Of a stretch of DNA of 64,000 bases, positions 29,745 through 42,511 are shown in pieces. This stretch comes from Cyanophora paradoxa CCMP329 (lineage: Eukaryota > Plantae > Glaucophyta), in contig QPMI01000563.1 in the NCBI GenBank assembly GCA_004431415.1, forward strand, positions 163,627-227,626. The letters are read 5' to 3'. The translations under genes and the position numbers were made by a program. Position 1 is the stretch's first letter. Each line of letters starts with the position of its first letter. The notes beneath the pieces are model-generated. The model made no database searches, was not told the DNA's origin, and saw only the letters and a list, made by a program, of their open reading frames with translations.

Positions 29745-31278
29745 ATGCCCCTTCGTGTAATTCTCAGTCTCTCAGGTGGGGAGCTCGTGGTATAATTATT
29801 ACGAGATTGCTAAAAGAAATCGAAACTCGAACAGGAAAAAGAGTAATTGACCTTGTTGACCTGGTGAGTGGTACATCCACTGGTGGGATAATTGCTATTG
29901 GTCTCAATGTGAAAAATCCCGAATTTCCAAACGAACCTAAACTCACTGCAACCGATTTGCATTCCACTTATCTCAATCAACTGCCTTTAATCTTTGCAAA
30001 TCCCGAAATATATAGATAATGCCCTCTTCAACACCAAGTATGATGTGACCCCATTGGAGACAGCCATTCTCACTGTTACTGGTGAGTCTCTCATTCAAGA
30101 CTCTCTGAAAGATGTGGTGATCACCAGTTTTGACACTGTGAGCATGAAGCCCATCTTTATCACCAATGATAATTCTACAAATCCATCCCCAGCAAGATTG
30201 CTGCAAGATCCACCTCTGCTGCACCTACTTACTTCTCACCTGTGAACTATGATGGGATGTCTCTAATTGATGGTGCAATATCAGGTAACAACAATCCCAG
30301 TGTATGTGGTTACAGCCATGCTAAAAAGATCTATGATGATGATGATGATATAATTGTGATCAGTATATCCTGTGGTGAGGTCAATGAAACAGATGCCCCA
30401 ATGTGGGATATTCCTATGAAGATGTCAACAGCTGGGGCATTCTCTCATGGATTGCTTCGACCTCTGGAGTCCATTAATTAATATGTTGATGGCTGCAAGT
30501 GAACTCTCAGCCTGGAAAAGATGCAAGAGTTTCTCCCATATAATGATGATCAGGGATATGCAAGATATTATAGACTCTCTGTCCACTTCCAAAGACCATA
30601 GTAAACTCCCTGGATGATACCTCTAAGATCCCTGATATGATAGATGCAACCGAAATGTATATAGCAGCAAACACTGTGATGATTGATAGACTCTGTGATT
30701 TACTGGTTGCAAATTATGAAATCAAGAACCCTGCAAGGTTCTATATATCATCAACTCTGAATAACATACCTCCCATTGATGCTAACTGGTATCTTCTATC
30801 AGATGGTGCTTTCACTGCTTCATCATCAAAAATTGGAAGGGAGGCATTTAAAGCAAGACCTTCTTTAACAGGTTGGGAGGCAAATGCATCTGCTCCTGAT
30901 GGGATATGGAGTGTTCCCACTGAGTATCTCCAAGTATCCTTCCCATATATATATGAGGTAGCATCTATAATTGCATATGGGTCTGGTGTGACCAATGCCT
31001 TTGTTAAGACCTTCAATGTTGCAACCTCACAAGATGGTGTTTCCTGGTCATTTATCAAGTATGAAGGTGTGAATAGAGTGTTCATGTGTGAAACAATTAA
31101 TAATGCCCATAACAGTGGTGATGTCTCATACAGTTCTGGGTATCCCACCTCTATTAAAGACGTTTTCTATATTGGCTACCCTCTGAGGACAAGGTTTATT
31201 CGTATTTATCCAATTGTATATATAAATGCCCCAACTATGAGAGTGGATGTCACAGGTGCATTTATTCGAAGTGTATGA
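29745..31278 (+). pseudogene. Patatin-discoidin phospholipase (frameshifted)
   Basis: GTSTGG, DGAISGNNNPS and discoidin C-terminus. Orthologue of 6912-8468. Confidence 0.88.
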
Positions 31279-32350
31279 TACATCAGGACTTCTGATGTAT
31301 GGTGCACCAGATTATGGCGATTTTTTACAGTAGCTACTGTATTTTCGCATTATTTTACTGTATGTTCCTTACAGTAGAAAGTAGCCGATTAATCGTTTTT
31401 TCGAAATATTTGTATGTAATATATACGTATATGTACTTGATACCTACACCATCGTGTAGGTCTTTGCAAGCGCTTTCCAGCGCTATGTTGACGGTCACGA
31501 TCTGATGATCTGGTGGTGAGATACAAGCGTTTGAAGATGCCGAAAGCCCCACAGTGGGAACGTTACGCGATGCCGACAGTAGTAACGCGAACCGTCAAGT
31601 ATATATGCGCAAATATACATTTTGACCACAAAATAGCGGATTGGTCGCGATCGGTCGGCGACTCTGGGGCTCAGGGTCACACGAAATGTATGGTGTATAT
31701 ATATATCATGAAACATGTGATGTCATGACGTCATAGTGGTTGCGCGACCTGGTTGCGATGATGCAACCATGGTTGCGATGATGGTTGCGATGATGCAACC
31801 ATGGTTGCGCTGGTTGCGCGCAACCATTTTTTTAACTATTGAGATGATGCGCAACCAATTTTTTTCCGATTGAGTGGTTGCGCGACCTGGTTGCGATGAT
31901 GCAACCATGGTTGCGATGACGGTTGCGATGATGCAACCATGGTTGCGATGATGGTTGCGATGACGCGCAACCAATTTTTTTCATCAGGATAAGATATATT
32001 TTCGAGGACACCGGTTCACGAAAGTGACGGGGCACGATTTTCGAGGACACCTTTTCAAAAAAACGACGGACGCCGCCATGTCCACTTAATTGTTCGCGAA
32101 CCGAAACGACACTCATGACGTCACTCAAAACTTCACCGAAACTTCACCGAAACTTCACCGAAACTTCATAGAAACTTCGCTACGAAACTTCACCGAAACT
32201 TCGCACCGAAACTTCACCGAAACTTCACTGAAACTCCATCAATCTCGGTCATACATATGTATTTTATTACCAACTGCTCCGTTTTCAATTCTGAAAGCAG
32301 ATTCGGAATCCTCTCGCCAGCGGCTATCAGGTTTCGTCGAGATCGGGCAC
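31279..32350. mobile_element. Non-coding repeat-rich insertion (possible non-autonomous DNA transposon); boundaries approximate
   Basis: CpG-richer than the viral DNA, with GGTTGCGATGATGCAACC repeats (31737-31975) and (GAAACTTCACC)n (32128-32235). No clear TIR or TSD found. Confidence 0.45.
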
Positions 32351-32401
32351 TAACAAAATAAAAAATTGACAAGGACTTCCTGGATTCTCTCAACTTCTGC
32401 T

Positions 32402-32644
32402 ATGGATCCCATCTACCAAGACCCTGCTATCATCCATGCTGCCCAATCAGACTGGATCCATGATTTCAAAACTGCTTTCTATTACAATTTCTTCATGTCA
32501 CAGCCAGAGCATGTGAGACTGTTCTTTGTTTATAATTACCAACTGGTTTCAAACCTTGAAACTTTCTTCTTGGAAATTCTTGAAAAAGATAGACAAATGA
32601 GAAAAATTCGCCAGAGGTCTAAGAGATTCCGAAAGCGTTGTTAA
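32402..32644 (+). CDS. Small hypothetical viral protein
   Basis: MDPIYQDPAII... with viral composition, converging on the integrase stop. Confidence 0.45.
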   Translation: MDPIYQDPAIIHAAQSDWIHDFKTAFYYNFFMSQPEHVRLFFVYNYQLVSNLETFFLEILEKDRQMRKIRQRSKRFRKRC

Positions 32645-32645
32645 T

Positions 32646-33831
32646 CTATTTCCTCTGCCCACTTCGTAGATTGAATCGAGTTTGGGGTGCAGTATATGTT
32701 TCCTTGGTGGTTGAAAAGTCATTATACCATCTCTGACTGTTAACTTCTGATAATTTCTGGGTTCCTGCTATGGTCAACTTCTTTAATTCTTTCTCTACTC
32801 TACCCTTCTTTTGTGCTCTTGCTTCTGTAAGGGGTTCTTTTGGTACTTCACTTGCTTTTTCTATGCCCTCCTTTCTGATTGCTGAATCAACCCTGGCTTC
32901 CTCCTTTGCCTGTTCAAGAGCATCCACTGTGGGAGTTTCATGATACTCAACGCCTTTAATGGGCAGCAGTTCATGAAAAGCGAATCTACCATCAACTATC
33001 TCACCACTGGGACTTCTGATTCTGAACTTGAAGCCCTCTCTGCCCTCCACACTATAAACAATTCGAGACCAATTAACTCCCTGCTTTGCAAATGGGTTCT
33101 TTTCAACTTTCACTCTCACAAACATTCCAGGTTTCAGAGCATCAAGATACTCAATCGATTTCTTGAATCTCTGATCCTCCATATTCACAATCTCTTTGTA
33201 GTGGGCTTCTGTGGTCTCTGCTGGTTTTCTCTTGGTTGCAGAGTGAATGGTATTATTATAATTATACTCAATATCACCCAACACATCAAAAAATCGTGCA
33301 GTATTATTTGCAATGCAGTAGTTTGTGATTAATCTCTTGATCTGTCTGTTAAAGGCTTCAATCCGACCTTGGTTCTGTGATCTGCAACATCACTTAGTTG
33401 ATGCTCAATGAATTTGGTTCCCAGATAATCTGTGAATAAGACATTGGTAAATTCGCTTCCACTATCACTCTGAATGCGAACAATTGGTCTGGGACTCTCT
33501 GTTCAAGTTGCTTGAATGCTGCAAGTGTAGTAAGAGCACTCTTGTCTCTCATTGGAATGATGAACCCAGTTCTTAGGGTTGATTCCATTGCACTCATAAA
33601 TGTATCATAACCATCATTCTGCTTTTTGTATGCAGGAAAGAAGAGCAGATCAATCACATATGTATCAAGGGGTTGCCTAATTGGAATCATGGGATCTCTC
33701 TTTCGAGATAGGGTAGGTGCATTAATTTGGACAACCTCCTGCTTATCATACCATTCTCTCATTTTCTTGTAGTTCTCCTCTGGTAGTTCCTGTCTCATTG
33801 CAGTAAATCCCTTGTAACCTGTTCTGGGATC
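32646..33831 (-). pseudogene. Retroviral-like (rve, DDE) integrase, main part; interrupted by a retroelement and frameshifted
   Basis: YVIDLLFF (D), IQSDSGSEFTN (D), QGRIEAFNRQIK (E), YNNTIHSATKRKP. Confidence 0.92.
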
Positions 33832-34328
33832 CAGGAGGGGACCCCGCCGGGGTCGTTCGCGTTATTCAAGCACACCTCTATCTACGTGACCGAGGCGTGC
33901 TACTCTACTGGCGCCCGCCCCGGACAGCGGGGGCGCGGGGCCACTATGAATAGGTATATGTGTAAGTATAAGTGGTGGTGCTAGAGACCGAGGTAGAAAA
34001 CCGATTGTACGGAGGAACGGAGGCGATGTCAGAGACCTACGAGGTATGCATATGGGGACGCCCTCTAGAGGGTTGGGGCATCAGGGCAGCCAGGGGCCTG
34101 GAGAGACTAGTGAGCGGTGAGGCAAGGTGGGATATCGACGGAAACGGAGCCCTGGCAAAGCACTATGGCTATGTACATGAGGGAGTAAGCGTGGGGTTGA
34201 GCTGGAAAGACAATGGGGCTCTACGAAGTAGATACCGACGCAGTCGCGATTCCGCGTGAGGCGGGCTGAGGCCGGCCGGAAAGGAAAGGTAGCTCGAAGG
34301 GCGAACACTATAGCTGTATATCAAGAGG

Positions 34329-36473
34329 CTAGAGGGGGGAAGCTGCAGGGACAGGGCCTAGGTGGCACTGGGGTCGGATATACGGGAGAGGTTCTGGGCT
34401 AAGCTGGGAGGATCTAGTACTCGTCGTCGTCGAAGGCGTCGAAGGCGTGGGCCGCCCCCGCCGCCGCCTTCGGGGCGGCCGCGGGCGGCGACGCCGCCGC
34501 CGGGGCAGTCGCGGGGCGCGGCGCCGCCGCCGGCGTGGGGATGGGAGGGCGAGGTCGTCGAGGCCCGCGGCGCCCGGGCGGAGGCTGCTCGGGCCGCCCG
34601 GGAGCTTGTTGACGCCGTCCCGCATGGAGCCGGAGCCCAGCCCCGGCTGCTGCATCTGCTGCGCCTGGTGCTGCGCGTGCTGCTGCCGGAGCTCGGCGTT
34701 CTGCTGCCGCAGCTTTGCCATCTCCAGGAAGAAGGCGTCCATCTCGGCGGGGGTAGGGGCGCCGGCCGCGGCGGTGCCGACGCTCCGTAGGGATGACGGT
34801 AGCGGCCAGGGGGCGGGTTGGTAGGGGCGGCGGCGGGCGCCGTCAGGTTGGCCCAGTTCGGCTGGATGGGGCCCCCGGGCCAGGTCGGCGGGGGGGCGGG
34901 GCCTCGCGGGCGGCCGGGCGCGCAGCCGCCGCGGGGCGGGAGGGAAGGAGAAGGCGGAGCCCGGGGCGCGCGCCGGTGGGGGCGCCCCGGCCGCAGCGAC
35001 CGCCGCCGCGGCGGTCACGGCGGCCGCCGCCGCGGCGGTCGTGCCGGTGGCCGGGGCGGGGCGGGGCGGAGGCGGGGCAGCGGGGGCGGACTTGGCTGGG
35101 GCGGTGAGGAGCTTCTGCTTCTTCGGCTTGGGCGGGGCACCCGAGGCCCCCGCCGCTGCCGCCTCGGCGCCCGCGGCCGCCGGTGGCGGCGGCGGTGGGC
35201 GCCCGTGGACGTGCGCGTTGTACTCCGAGAGGAACTGGAGGTGCCGCGGGACGTGGCCCTTCTTGTTCGGCCGCGGCGCCTTCGCGGTCATCAGCATCTC
35301 GATTTTGCGGGGAGCCAGAAGGGGTGAAATACGGTAGCCCCCTGAACGACCCCGTTGACGGACACGATCTTGGACTGGAAGAGGATGCCCTCCAGCATGG
35401 GCCGCCCGGGCTGCGGGTCCTCCCGGCCGTACAGGATGAGGCTGCTGCCGTCCAGGTCGGCGCCGCCCACGAAGCCGCGCTTGGCGCCCTCCCGCGGGAA
35501 CGTCACGCGCTGGAGGTATTTCTTCTTGAAGACGATGCCGCCGCCAGGGCCGATCACAGGCTGGCCGTCGCCATCCAGCTCGGGCACCTTCGAGTCCTCC
35601 AGCGCGACCTTGAAGTGGGTCATGTACTCGACGTCCCGCACCGCGTCCGGTGAGAGCTGGGCCGTGCAGAACCCGACGATGCGGAACGAGTGCCCCGCCA
35701 GGACGTACTTGGATTCGGCGCCGCGGTTGATGAGCTCGCGCTGATACTTGTTGTAGTCGCGGCGCATGCTGGTGTCCACGTCGCGCGCGAAGCGGTCGGG
35801 GTCGGCCGCGCGGCCGAGCTTGAGCGGCACGATCGCGCCCTCGTCGGCGATGATCGACCGCCTGATATCAACGCCGTCATCGTCGATGAAGCGGACGACG
35901 TAGCCGTCCGCCCGCCCGGCGGTCCGGACCAGCACGCGCTGGCGCAGCTCGTCGAGGGGCACCTCGAAGAGATCCGAGTGCAGGTTCGCCACCGCACGGC
36001 GGATGTGGTCTACCTTGAACTCGCCTCGGAGGCTGAAGCGGCCGGAGTGGCCGTCGTGGGTGAGGATGTCCTTATCGTACTCAAGCACGTCTTTCTCACC
36101 TTCCTTCTTTTGCCGGATCTGGTCGGGCCGCAGCGCCCGAATGAGCTCGTTGGCGGTCCTCTGGTCGAACGCGACGTATAGCTGGGACTGCGGGTCGGGC
36201 GACCAGTATGGTCAGGACGGTCGGTCGCGCGCGCACGACGTGTATACGTCGGGGGGGCGCGGGCGGGGGGGAGCGTTTGCACTTCGGAGGCGTCTTCGCC
36301 GTACGCGTCGTCCTCCATCGTGGAGGAAATGCCGAGCAGGGCCCCGTCCGAGGCCTGCCAGTGGGCGGGCCCGTTTGCCGGAGCTGGGGCGGCGATCCCT
36401 GCGTCCGGGAGTTGGCGCCGGCCTGGCTCATCCGCGCGAGGCCCTCGAGTATCGATTGCTGCTTCCCCGCCAT
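34329..36473 (-). CDS. Unknown protein carried by the retroelement (frameshifted; globular middle, Pro/Ala-rich tail)
   Basis: ORFs 36096-36473, 35291-36088 and 34329-35297 abut in successive frames with strong GC3 bias. Confidence 0.55.
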
Positions 36474-36577
36474 CCTTGAGGCCGCTCTAAGTCTAGACGG
36501 GGGTGTACCCTGTCCCAGGTCCGGCCCCGGGGGCCTCAATCCCTGTACCCCGTCGGTTTGTCCCCCGCATAGAACCG

Positions 36578-37593
36578 ATGGCGGACACTCCCGACGCCGA
36601 CGGCCCGGAGCAGCCAGCGAAGCGAATCAAAACCGAGCCCGGTCTGCGCGCCATACCCGAGGTTCTTATCCTCCGGGTGTTCAACGGGTTCTTCAAGCGG
36701 GGCTCGCCGCCAGACTTCGGTCCGTGCCCCGCCATGGCGTCCTCCGCCGCTTAGCTTGTGCGCAGTCGAGCACGTGCGGCTGGCTCTTTCGTCAGACGGC
36801 CCGCCAACCGGCCCCACGGCCGCCGAGCTGGCGCACGAGCTGGAGTCGCTGTATGGGCGTCCCTGGGGCTTCGAGGATAGCGTTTCCGTGCGGCGGGGTG
36901 GGGCGGCGTGCCGGCCTGCCGTCCGCTGACTGCTACCGATTGCAGGTGGACGCCGAGTTGCGTCTCCGTGAGGCGCTTATTCTACGTGACCGAGCGGAGG
37001 CCGTTCACGCGGTCGCGAGCGCCATTCGGCAGCGTGCGGAGTGGGTGGAGCGGTTCCCGCGCCGCACGCCCCTCCTGTCTGTCCCAGCATCCGTCGCCGC
37101 CCCGGAGGGGCCGGCTGCGGCGCCCGCTGGTGCACCGCCGGCCTCCGCGCCGCCAGTTCTCCGCATGCCGGAGATCTCGCACGCGGAGTGGGAGGGCCTT
37201 CGGTTCGAGAAGTACTACGCCGTCTCCGCCGGGCGCGTCCCCGGCGTGTACGAGGCTTGGTGCGCGTGCCGCCCGGGGAGCGCCGAGAGTCTCGCCCCCG
37301 CGACCCCGGTCTCGCAGGAAGGGCTTCGTGTACCAGGGTCGTGCGATTCCGGGCGCCGCCGATCAGGTAGTCGGCGTCTCGGGGAGCTCGTGCAAGTCCG
37401 CCAAGACTGTCGCCGCGTGCCTGGACATCCTGCGGCAGGCACGCTCCCCAGCCTCACCGCTCCCTCGTCTCCTCTCACTGACCTGTGCCCAGGCTGGTCT
37501 GCCTGTGCCGGACGGGGAGGCGGCGTAGATGTGGTGCTCGGCCCGGCGGTTTTCCCGCTCAGCCCCCGCTCGCGCTCAGCTAGGGCAGCTTAG
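36578..37593 (+). CDS. Protein with an RNase H1 N-terminal hybrid-binding (Cauli_VI-like) domain, antisense to ORF2, frameshifted
   Basis: KYYAVSAGRVPGVYEAW..C, then in the next frame QVVGVSGSSCKSAKTVAACL. Confidence 0.65.
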
Positions 37594-40500
37594 CTCGTGT
37601 CGGCGTCGGAACGTTCGGGCTCTGCGGTGAGCGTGCCTCTCGCGATGCGGAGTTGAGTGGGGTCGGGGCGGCAGCACACGAGTCCGTGCGCACCCCACAC
37701 CGCGTCGAACGAGGCGCGTGAGGGGCGGGGCGCCGAGGGCGGGAGGAGGCCCGCGAGCATGCTCGCCTCCGGCTCGTCGGGGTCAAGGGGCTCCGGTAGC
37801 GGCACGTTGAGAACCCCCGCCTCAGCGGATACAGCCCGTACGTTGGCGTCCAACGCGCGGAGCCAGAGCGTGGTGCGGTACAGCCGCCATGCCCCGGCTG
37901 TGGTGGGGTACGTGGCCAGCGACTGATCTGCTATGAACCGGGCTCGCAGGCGCCAGATCGCGTGGAGGCCGATGCCGAACAGGATGGGGATGAGGGCGCG
38001 CGGCCGCGGCCCCTGGCGCCTTGGCATCGCCGAGAAAGCCGACAGGATGTGCGCCCGCGTGCATTCAAGGCGCGTCCCGCACCTAGTGTTGATCTCCTGC
38101 ACGAGCTCTGCCCAGAAAGCGCGGGCGTGCGGGCACTCGATTAACGCGTGGTCCGGCGTCTCACAAGGGTCCGCGCAGATTCGGCACTGCGGCCCGTCCC
38201 AGATGCGGGATCGGTGGAGGAACGAGCCCGTCGCCAGCGCCCCGTGAAGGGCCAGCATCCACGTTTGGCGCTCGGGACCGGTGAGCGCTGCGCACCGGCC
38301 CCCTTGCCGCCATACCCGGTCCCAAGTCTGACCCGGGGGGGGGGGGCCCAGGCGCACGGTAAGGATGCCCGGGTTCTCCTGTGAGCTAGCCAGCGCCGCG
38401 TACACGTCGCCGATCGTGGCCTCGGCCCAGCGCTTCCGGCGGTGGCCCGTGCCGAGGAGGAGCCCGACCGGGACCCAGGGCGCCCGGTCCGTCGCGGCGA
38501 CGTAGACGGGGCGGCCGGCCGGGAACCGGGCCCGGAGGGACGGCGTCTTGGCCGGGACCGTGGAGACGACGGCGCGGCGGAGGGTGGTGGTCGGTGGGGG
38601 GGCGGCCAGCGTCTCCGCCCCCGCGACGTCGAGCGTGCCGTCGCGGAGCACGGGAATGCTCAGGGCCGGCCCCGTGCGGGGCGCGGCGCCGAATAGGATC
38701 AGGCGTTCGGCCGGGGCCCCGGGCCCCGGCGCCCCGACCAAGATGCGGAACTCCGCGGCCCTGCCGAGGGCCAGGTCCGGCGTCCCGCGCCCCTCGCTCG
38801 TCATCCGTGCCCAAATCTGTCCCCGCAGGGTGGCGGCGTGATTGGCCTGGCCTAGGGACATCGGCACCGGCCCGCTCAGCGGGCGCTGGAGGGCCAGGAT
38901 CAGGTCCGCTACGGTCCCGATCCCGCGCATTGCAAGGCTGACGTCCGCGGGCGCCCGGCCCCAGGGGCTCGAGCTCTGCTCCGACAGGGCCGGGTTGAAC
39001 CAGAGGGCCTCGGCAAGGTACGCCTCATAGCTAGTTGGGAGGGACTCAGGGGCCCGCCCTCGTCCCACTTCGTTGCTGACTTTGAGGGCCGTGGGCAGGG
39101 CGGCGTAGGAGGCCGGGAGCCCCCTCGCCGTCCCCAGGGGGGTACAGGCGCCGAGTACCAGCTCTGGAGCGCTCAGGAGCGTGGCCCGTACGGCCGCGCT
39201 CGACGCGTGGGCGATGTCGTACATGAGCAAGTCCTTCCAAGCCTCGCGGGTGGGGTCGCAGAGGAGGCGCAGGATGGACCCCGCGCACGCCCGCATCCGC
39301 TCGGGTATGTTTACGGCCCCTATACCCCCCCATTCCGGGGGGAGGGCGGCTACTGCCTGGCTGATCCTACCGCGCTTGCGGCCGGGCCAGATGACGCCGC
39401 GGTATATCGCAGCGATGCGGGCTTCGACGTCGCTCGGGCATGGTATGAACATGGCCAGGTACCAGATTTTTGCTGCGATATATACATTCGCTATCATGAC
39501 CCGCTCTGGCAGGCTCAGGGCTGTGAGGCGGAATTTGGCAGCGGCTGTGAGCATGGAGTCAGCCACCCGCTGCCAGGCGGCTCTGTAGTCGGGGGCCGGC
39601 CCGATCGGTACCCCGAGCGATTTGGTTTCGTGTACCCATTGAATGCCCCTTGCCAGCAACGGCTGAGCCCAGGCGGGGGCGCCGTTCCCGCGATTGTCCC
39701 CAGCGGCAGGATCGCGCACTTGGGGTACCCCAGCAGGGCTCCGGAGACGTCATGGAAGGCGTCAGCGATCGCTAGGATGAGGAGCAAGGGGCGGCGGGGT
39801 CCCCGGCCGGAAGGATGGTGATCGCGAAGTTGTCGTCAGCGAAGATGACTAGTACGATTCGGACGGGGGGGCCGCCGCGAGGGTTCGGGATGAGGACGCC
39901 GGGGATGCGGGGGTCCGCCAGTATCGCCCGGGTATACGGTTCTTGCTGCGTGTTGAAGAGTGCGCACGACATCGGGTTTCCTTGGAGGGTGCTGCAGTCG
40001 ACTAGAACAGCGACCTTGTATTCTACCCCATTAATCACTATGAAGACCCGGATGCCCTTCAGCGACGCTCGCAGTTTGAAGACGAAGTCGTCCGGGTACG
40101 CGATTGTCGCGACGGTGCGCAGCGCCCAGACATGTTCCACGCGATCGTACGCCTGGCGGAAGTCTTTGTTGAAGCCTGCGACACATAGCCCTTCACGCTC
40201 GGCCAGCCTAACCAGCGCCTGCAGCAGGTATACGTTGCCGGCGCCCGCACGCCCAGGCATGAAGCCGGCTTGGCATGGCGATGTCGTGTGGTGCATCGCG
40301 TGTGTGTTCATGCGTCGAGCCATGATGGCGCCGAACAACCGGAAGTCGATCGGCATGATAGTAATCGGGCGCCAGTTCTCGATCCTGTCCCTCGCGCCCT
40401 TTTTGTATAAGAGGATCATCAATCCCGTGCGTTGCCGTAAGGAGAAGCACCCGACCGCTTCCGCCGTGCGGAATGACTCGACCACGAGGTCGCCTAGTAT

Positions 40501-42374
40501 GTCCCAGAAGTGCAGATAGAATTTAACAGTCAGCCCGTCACGCCCCGGCGACGTGCGCGCGTTCATACTCCGCAGGACTTCTAGCGCTTCCCCAGATGTG
40601 ATTTGCCCGGCGATCGCCCGGCGTGCGTGCAGGGGCAGGAGGTCCCAGACCCGGAGAAGGAATTCAGCCTCGGCTTTAGAAAGCGAGGCGCCAGGGCGAA
40701 GCAAGAAAAGGCGGCGCAAGCGCGCTTCGAGCGCGGCAATGCTTGGGGATTCCATGTCACTTTCGAGCCGCTCACCGGGCTGCCCGGACGGTATTTGCAC
40801 AGCGCCCCGCGAGGGCAGGCCGAGCACCGTCGGGGCGGGCCACGGTGTCGCATGCTCTGACATGGGACGACGAGCAGTATTCATAGCTTGGAAATGGCGA
40901 TGGACACGGGCGGCTATGAGGGCGGGATCGGTGGTGAGCCCCTCGGGCTCGGACGGGGGTCTAGGCGCGGTATCCGGCGAGTGCAGGGCCGGGATCGAGT
41001 GGGCGGCGTCACCGAACCGGATCGCGCGGGCGACGGACGGGTCGAGGCGCAGAACTTGGTCGAGCGCTCGGGCCCGCGCCGCCGCTCGGCGGGCTGCGCG
41101 GGAGGAGTCAGCAAGGGCCCAGAACTCCGAGACTGAGTCTCGCAGCATGTCTAAGAGTTCTCCCTGTTCCTCGGACTCGTTGGCTGCGGCCGCGAGGTCT
41201 TCCGCGACGCGGCGGATGTCCGCGGTCACCTCGGCCCGCTGGGCTGCGGCCGCCGAGTTGAGGGCGAAGCGGGTGTCCTTTGCCGCCCGAATGATCTCTG
41301 CCCAGAGGGCGTCGAACCAATCGAGCCACTCCGGCGTGCCCGTGTCGGGCACGTAGTTCCACCCGGCGAGGTGGCCGGCGCGCGCCCGCTGGACGATCGT
41401 CTCGACCTTTTCCCGGAACCGCTGGAGCTGCAGGATGCGATCGTCAAAGCGATATCGAGGCGTCGCGCGGGGGACGGCGGATGGAAGAAGGAATTCGGCG
41501 AAGACCGCGTCGTGGTCCGGCCGATGTTCCGGGCCCGCGCACAGAGCGACGCCGACGGCAACGGCGCGGTCTGCGATCGAGAGCGCAGGGAAGATGTAGT
41601 CAAGGCGAGCAGCATCGGAGCGGGAGGGCGCGGCTTTTGAGGTGTAGTGCGTGAAGAGTGGCGTCGTCGGCATGCGCCGCCGGAGCACGTCTTCAAGGCC
41701 GAGCTGCGCGAGGGCATCAGCCCAATGGTCGAAGGGTTGGTGCGTCCGGTGTCCGCGAGAGTCGAGAGCGGGGTCAGCGAACGCGTTGAAGTCGCCGAGG
41801 AATATGAGGTGGGCGGCGCTGAACCGCGGGCTGCTGAAGCAGTCAGTCAGCTCTTCCGCGAGCTCGGCTTGCTTATCCGCGGCGTTCGGGGCATAGATAG
41901 CTACGAGGATGATGGTCTCGGGCGGCCGGGGGACGGCGACGGGAGGGTCAGCTCCACCGCGAGGACGTCGTCGGCCACCGCCGGGGCGAGCTCTGGAAGA
42001 GGGAGCTCCCGCACGGCGAACGCGGCTGCCTTGCGCGGCCTGTTGCGAACAATAAAGGCGACCCCGCGCTTGTAACCTGCGCCAGACCGGTCGAGAGGCG
42101 CCGGGCGCGCGATGATGCGATGTGTGTGTTGGAAAGCCGCGGCGGCGGCACGGATGCTACCCGGTTCTGGCCGGAGTGCGGTGGTCCCGGCATCCTCCTG
42201 GTGCCAGCGGTGGTCGACAACTGCCAGGATGTCGGGGTCAGCTTCGCGGAGGAAGGTCGCGAGCCAGGCGATGCGGCTGGGGCCGCGGCTGCTCTGGGTG
42301 TTGATGGAAGCCACCCGAAGCGTCGGGAGGCGGTCAGGCAGCTCCGGCGCGGTCCCGATCGTCGGGATCTGCAT
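37590..42374 (-). CDS. ORF2-like polyprotein: AP endonuclease, reverse transcriptase, CCHC zinc finger (frameshifted)
   Basis: APE: ASIN, IYAPN, GDFN, RLDYIF, DH. RT: SPGRDG, NWRPIT, QAGFMPGR, DFRQAYDRV, QGNPMS, FADD. Zinc finger: CRIC...ETPDHALIECP. Confidence 0.93.
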
Positions 42375-42511
42375 GTTAGCCCTCTGGCGAGCGGGGTGGC
42401 TTGGGGAGGTTTTCGGACACGCTTCGGAGTCTCTGCGGGGGCCCACCGGTCGCCGCTATCCCGCGCGCCCTACTCTACGCTCCCGGCGTGCTCCCAGGGG
42501 GGTATCGAATC

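Larger units (their letters stand above)
33832..42511 (-). mobile_element. Non-LTR retrotransposon (L1/Tx1-like) with extra genes, 8680 bp
   Basis: GC-rich island flanked by the 16-bp direct repeat AACCTGTTCTGGGATC (33816-33831, 42512-42527). Encodes APE-RT-zinc finger. Confidence 0.9.

Noticed and set aside
31737-32235. CRISPR-like array or coding repeats in the 1-kb insert
   Set aside because: Irregular tandem units without unique spacers; the ORFs are repeat translations.
33881-36994. 14-bp repeat TCTACGTGACCGAG at 33881 and 36981
   Set aside because: An isolated short match with no extended similarity; it cannot be tied to an element boundary.
37590-42374. Diversity-generating retroelement acting on the fibre tips
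   Set aside because: The RT is a LINE-type APE-RT fusion. No template/variable repeat pair with adenine-specific differences was seen, and the fibre tips are identical between A and B.
33832-42511. Ngaro/DIRS tyrosine-recombinase retrotransposon
   Set aside because: No YR motif and no split direct repeats. The APE domain and 16-bp TSD indicate target-primed reverse transcription.
42488-42511. tRNA 3'-end-like sequence (TTCGATACCCCCCTGGGAGCA, minus strand) at the retroelement 5' junction
   Set aside because: Too short, with no cloverleaf and no T-stem partner; may be chance.
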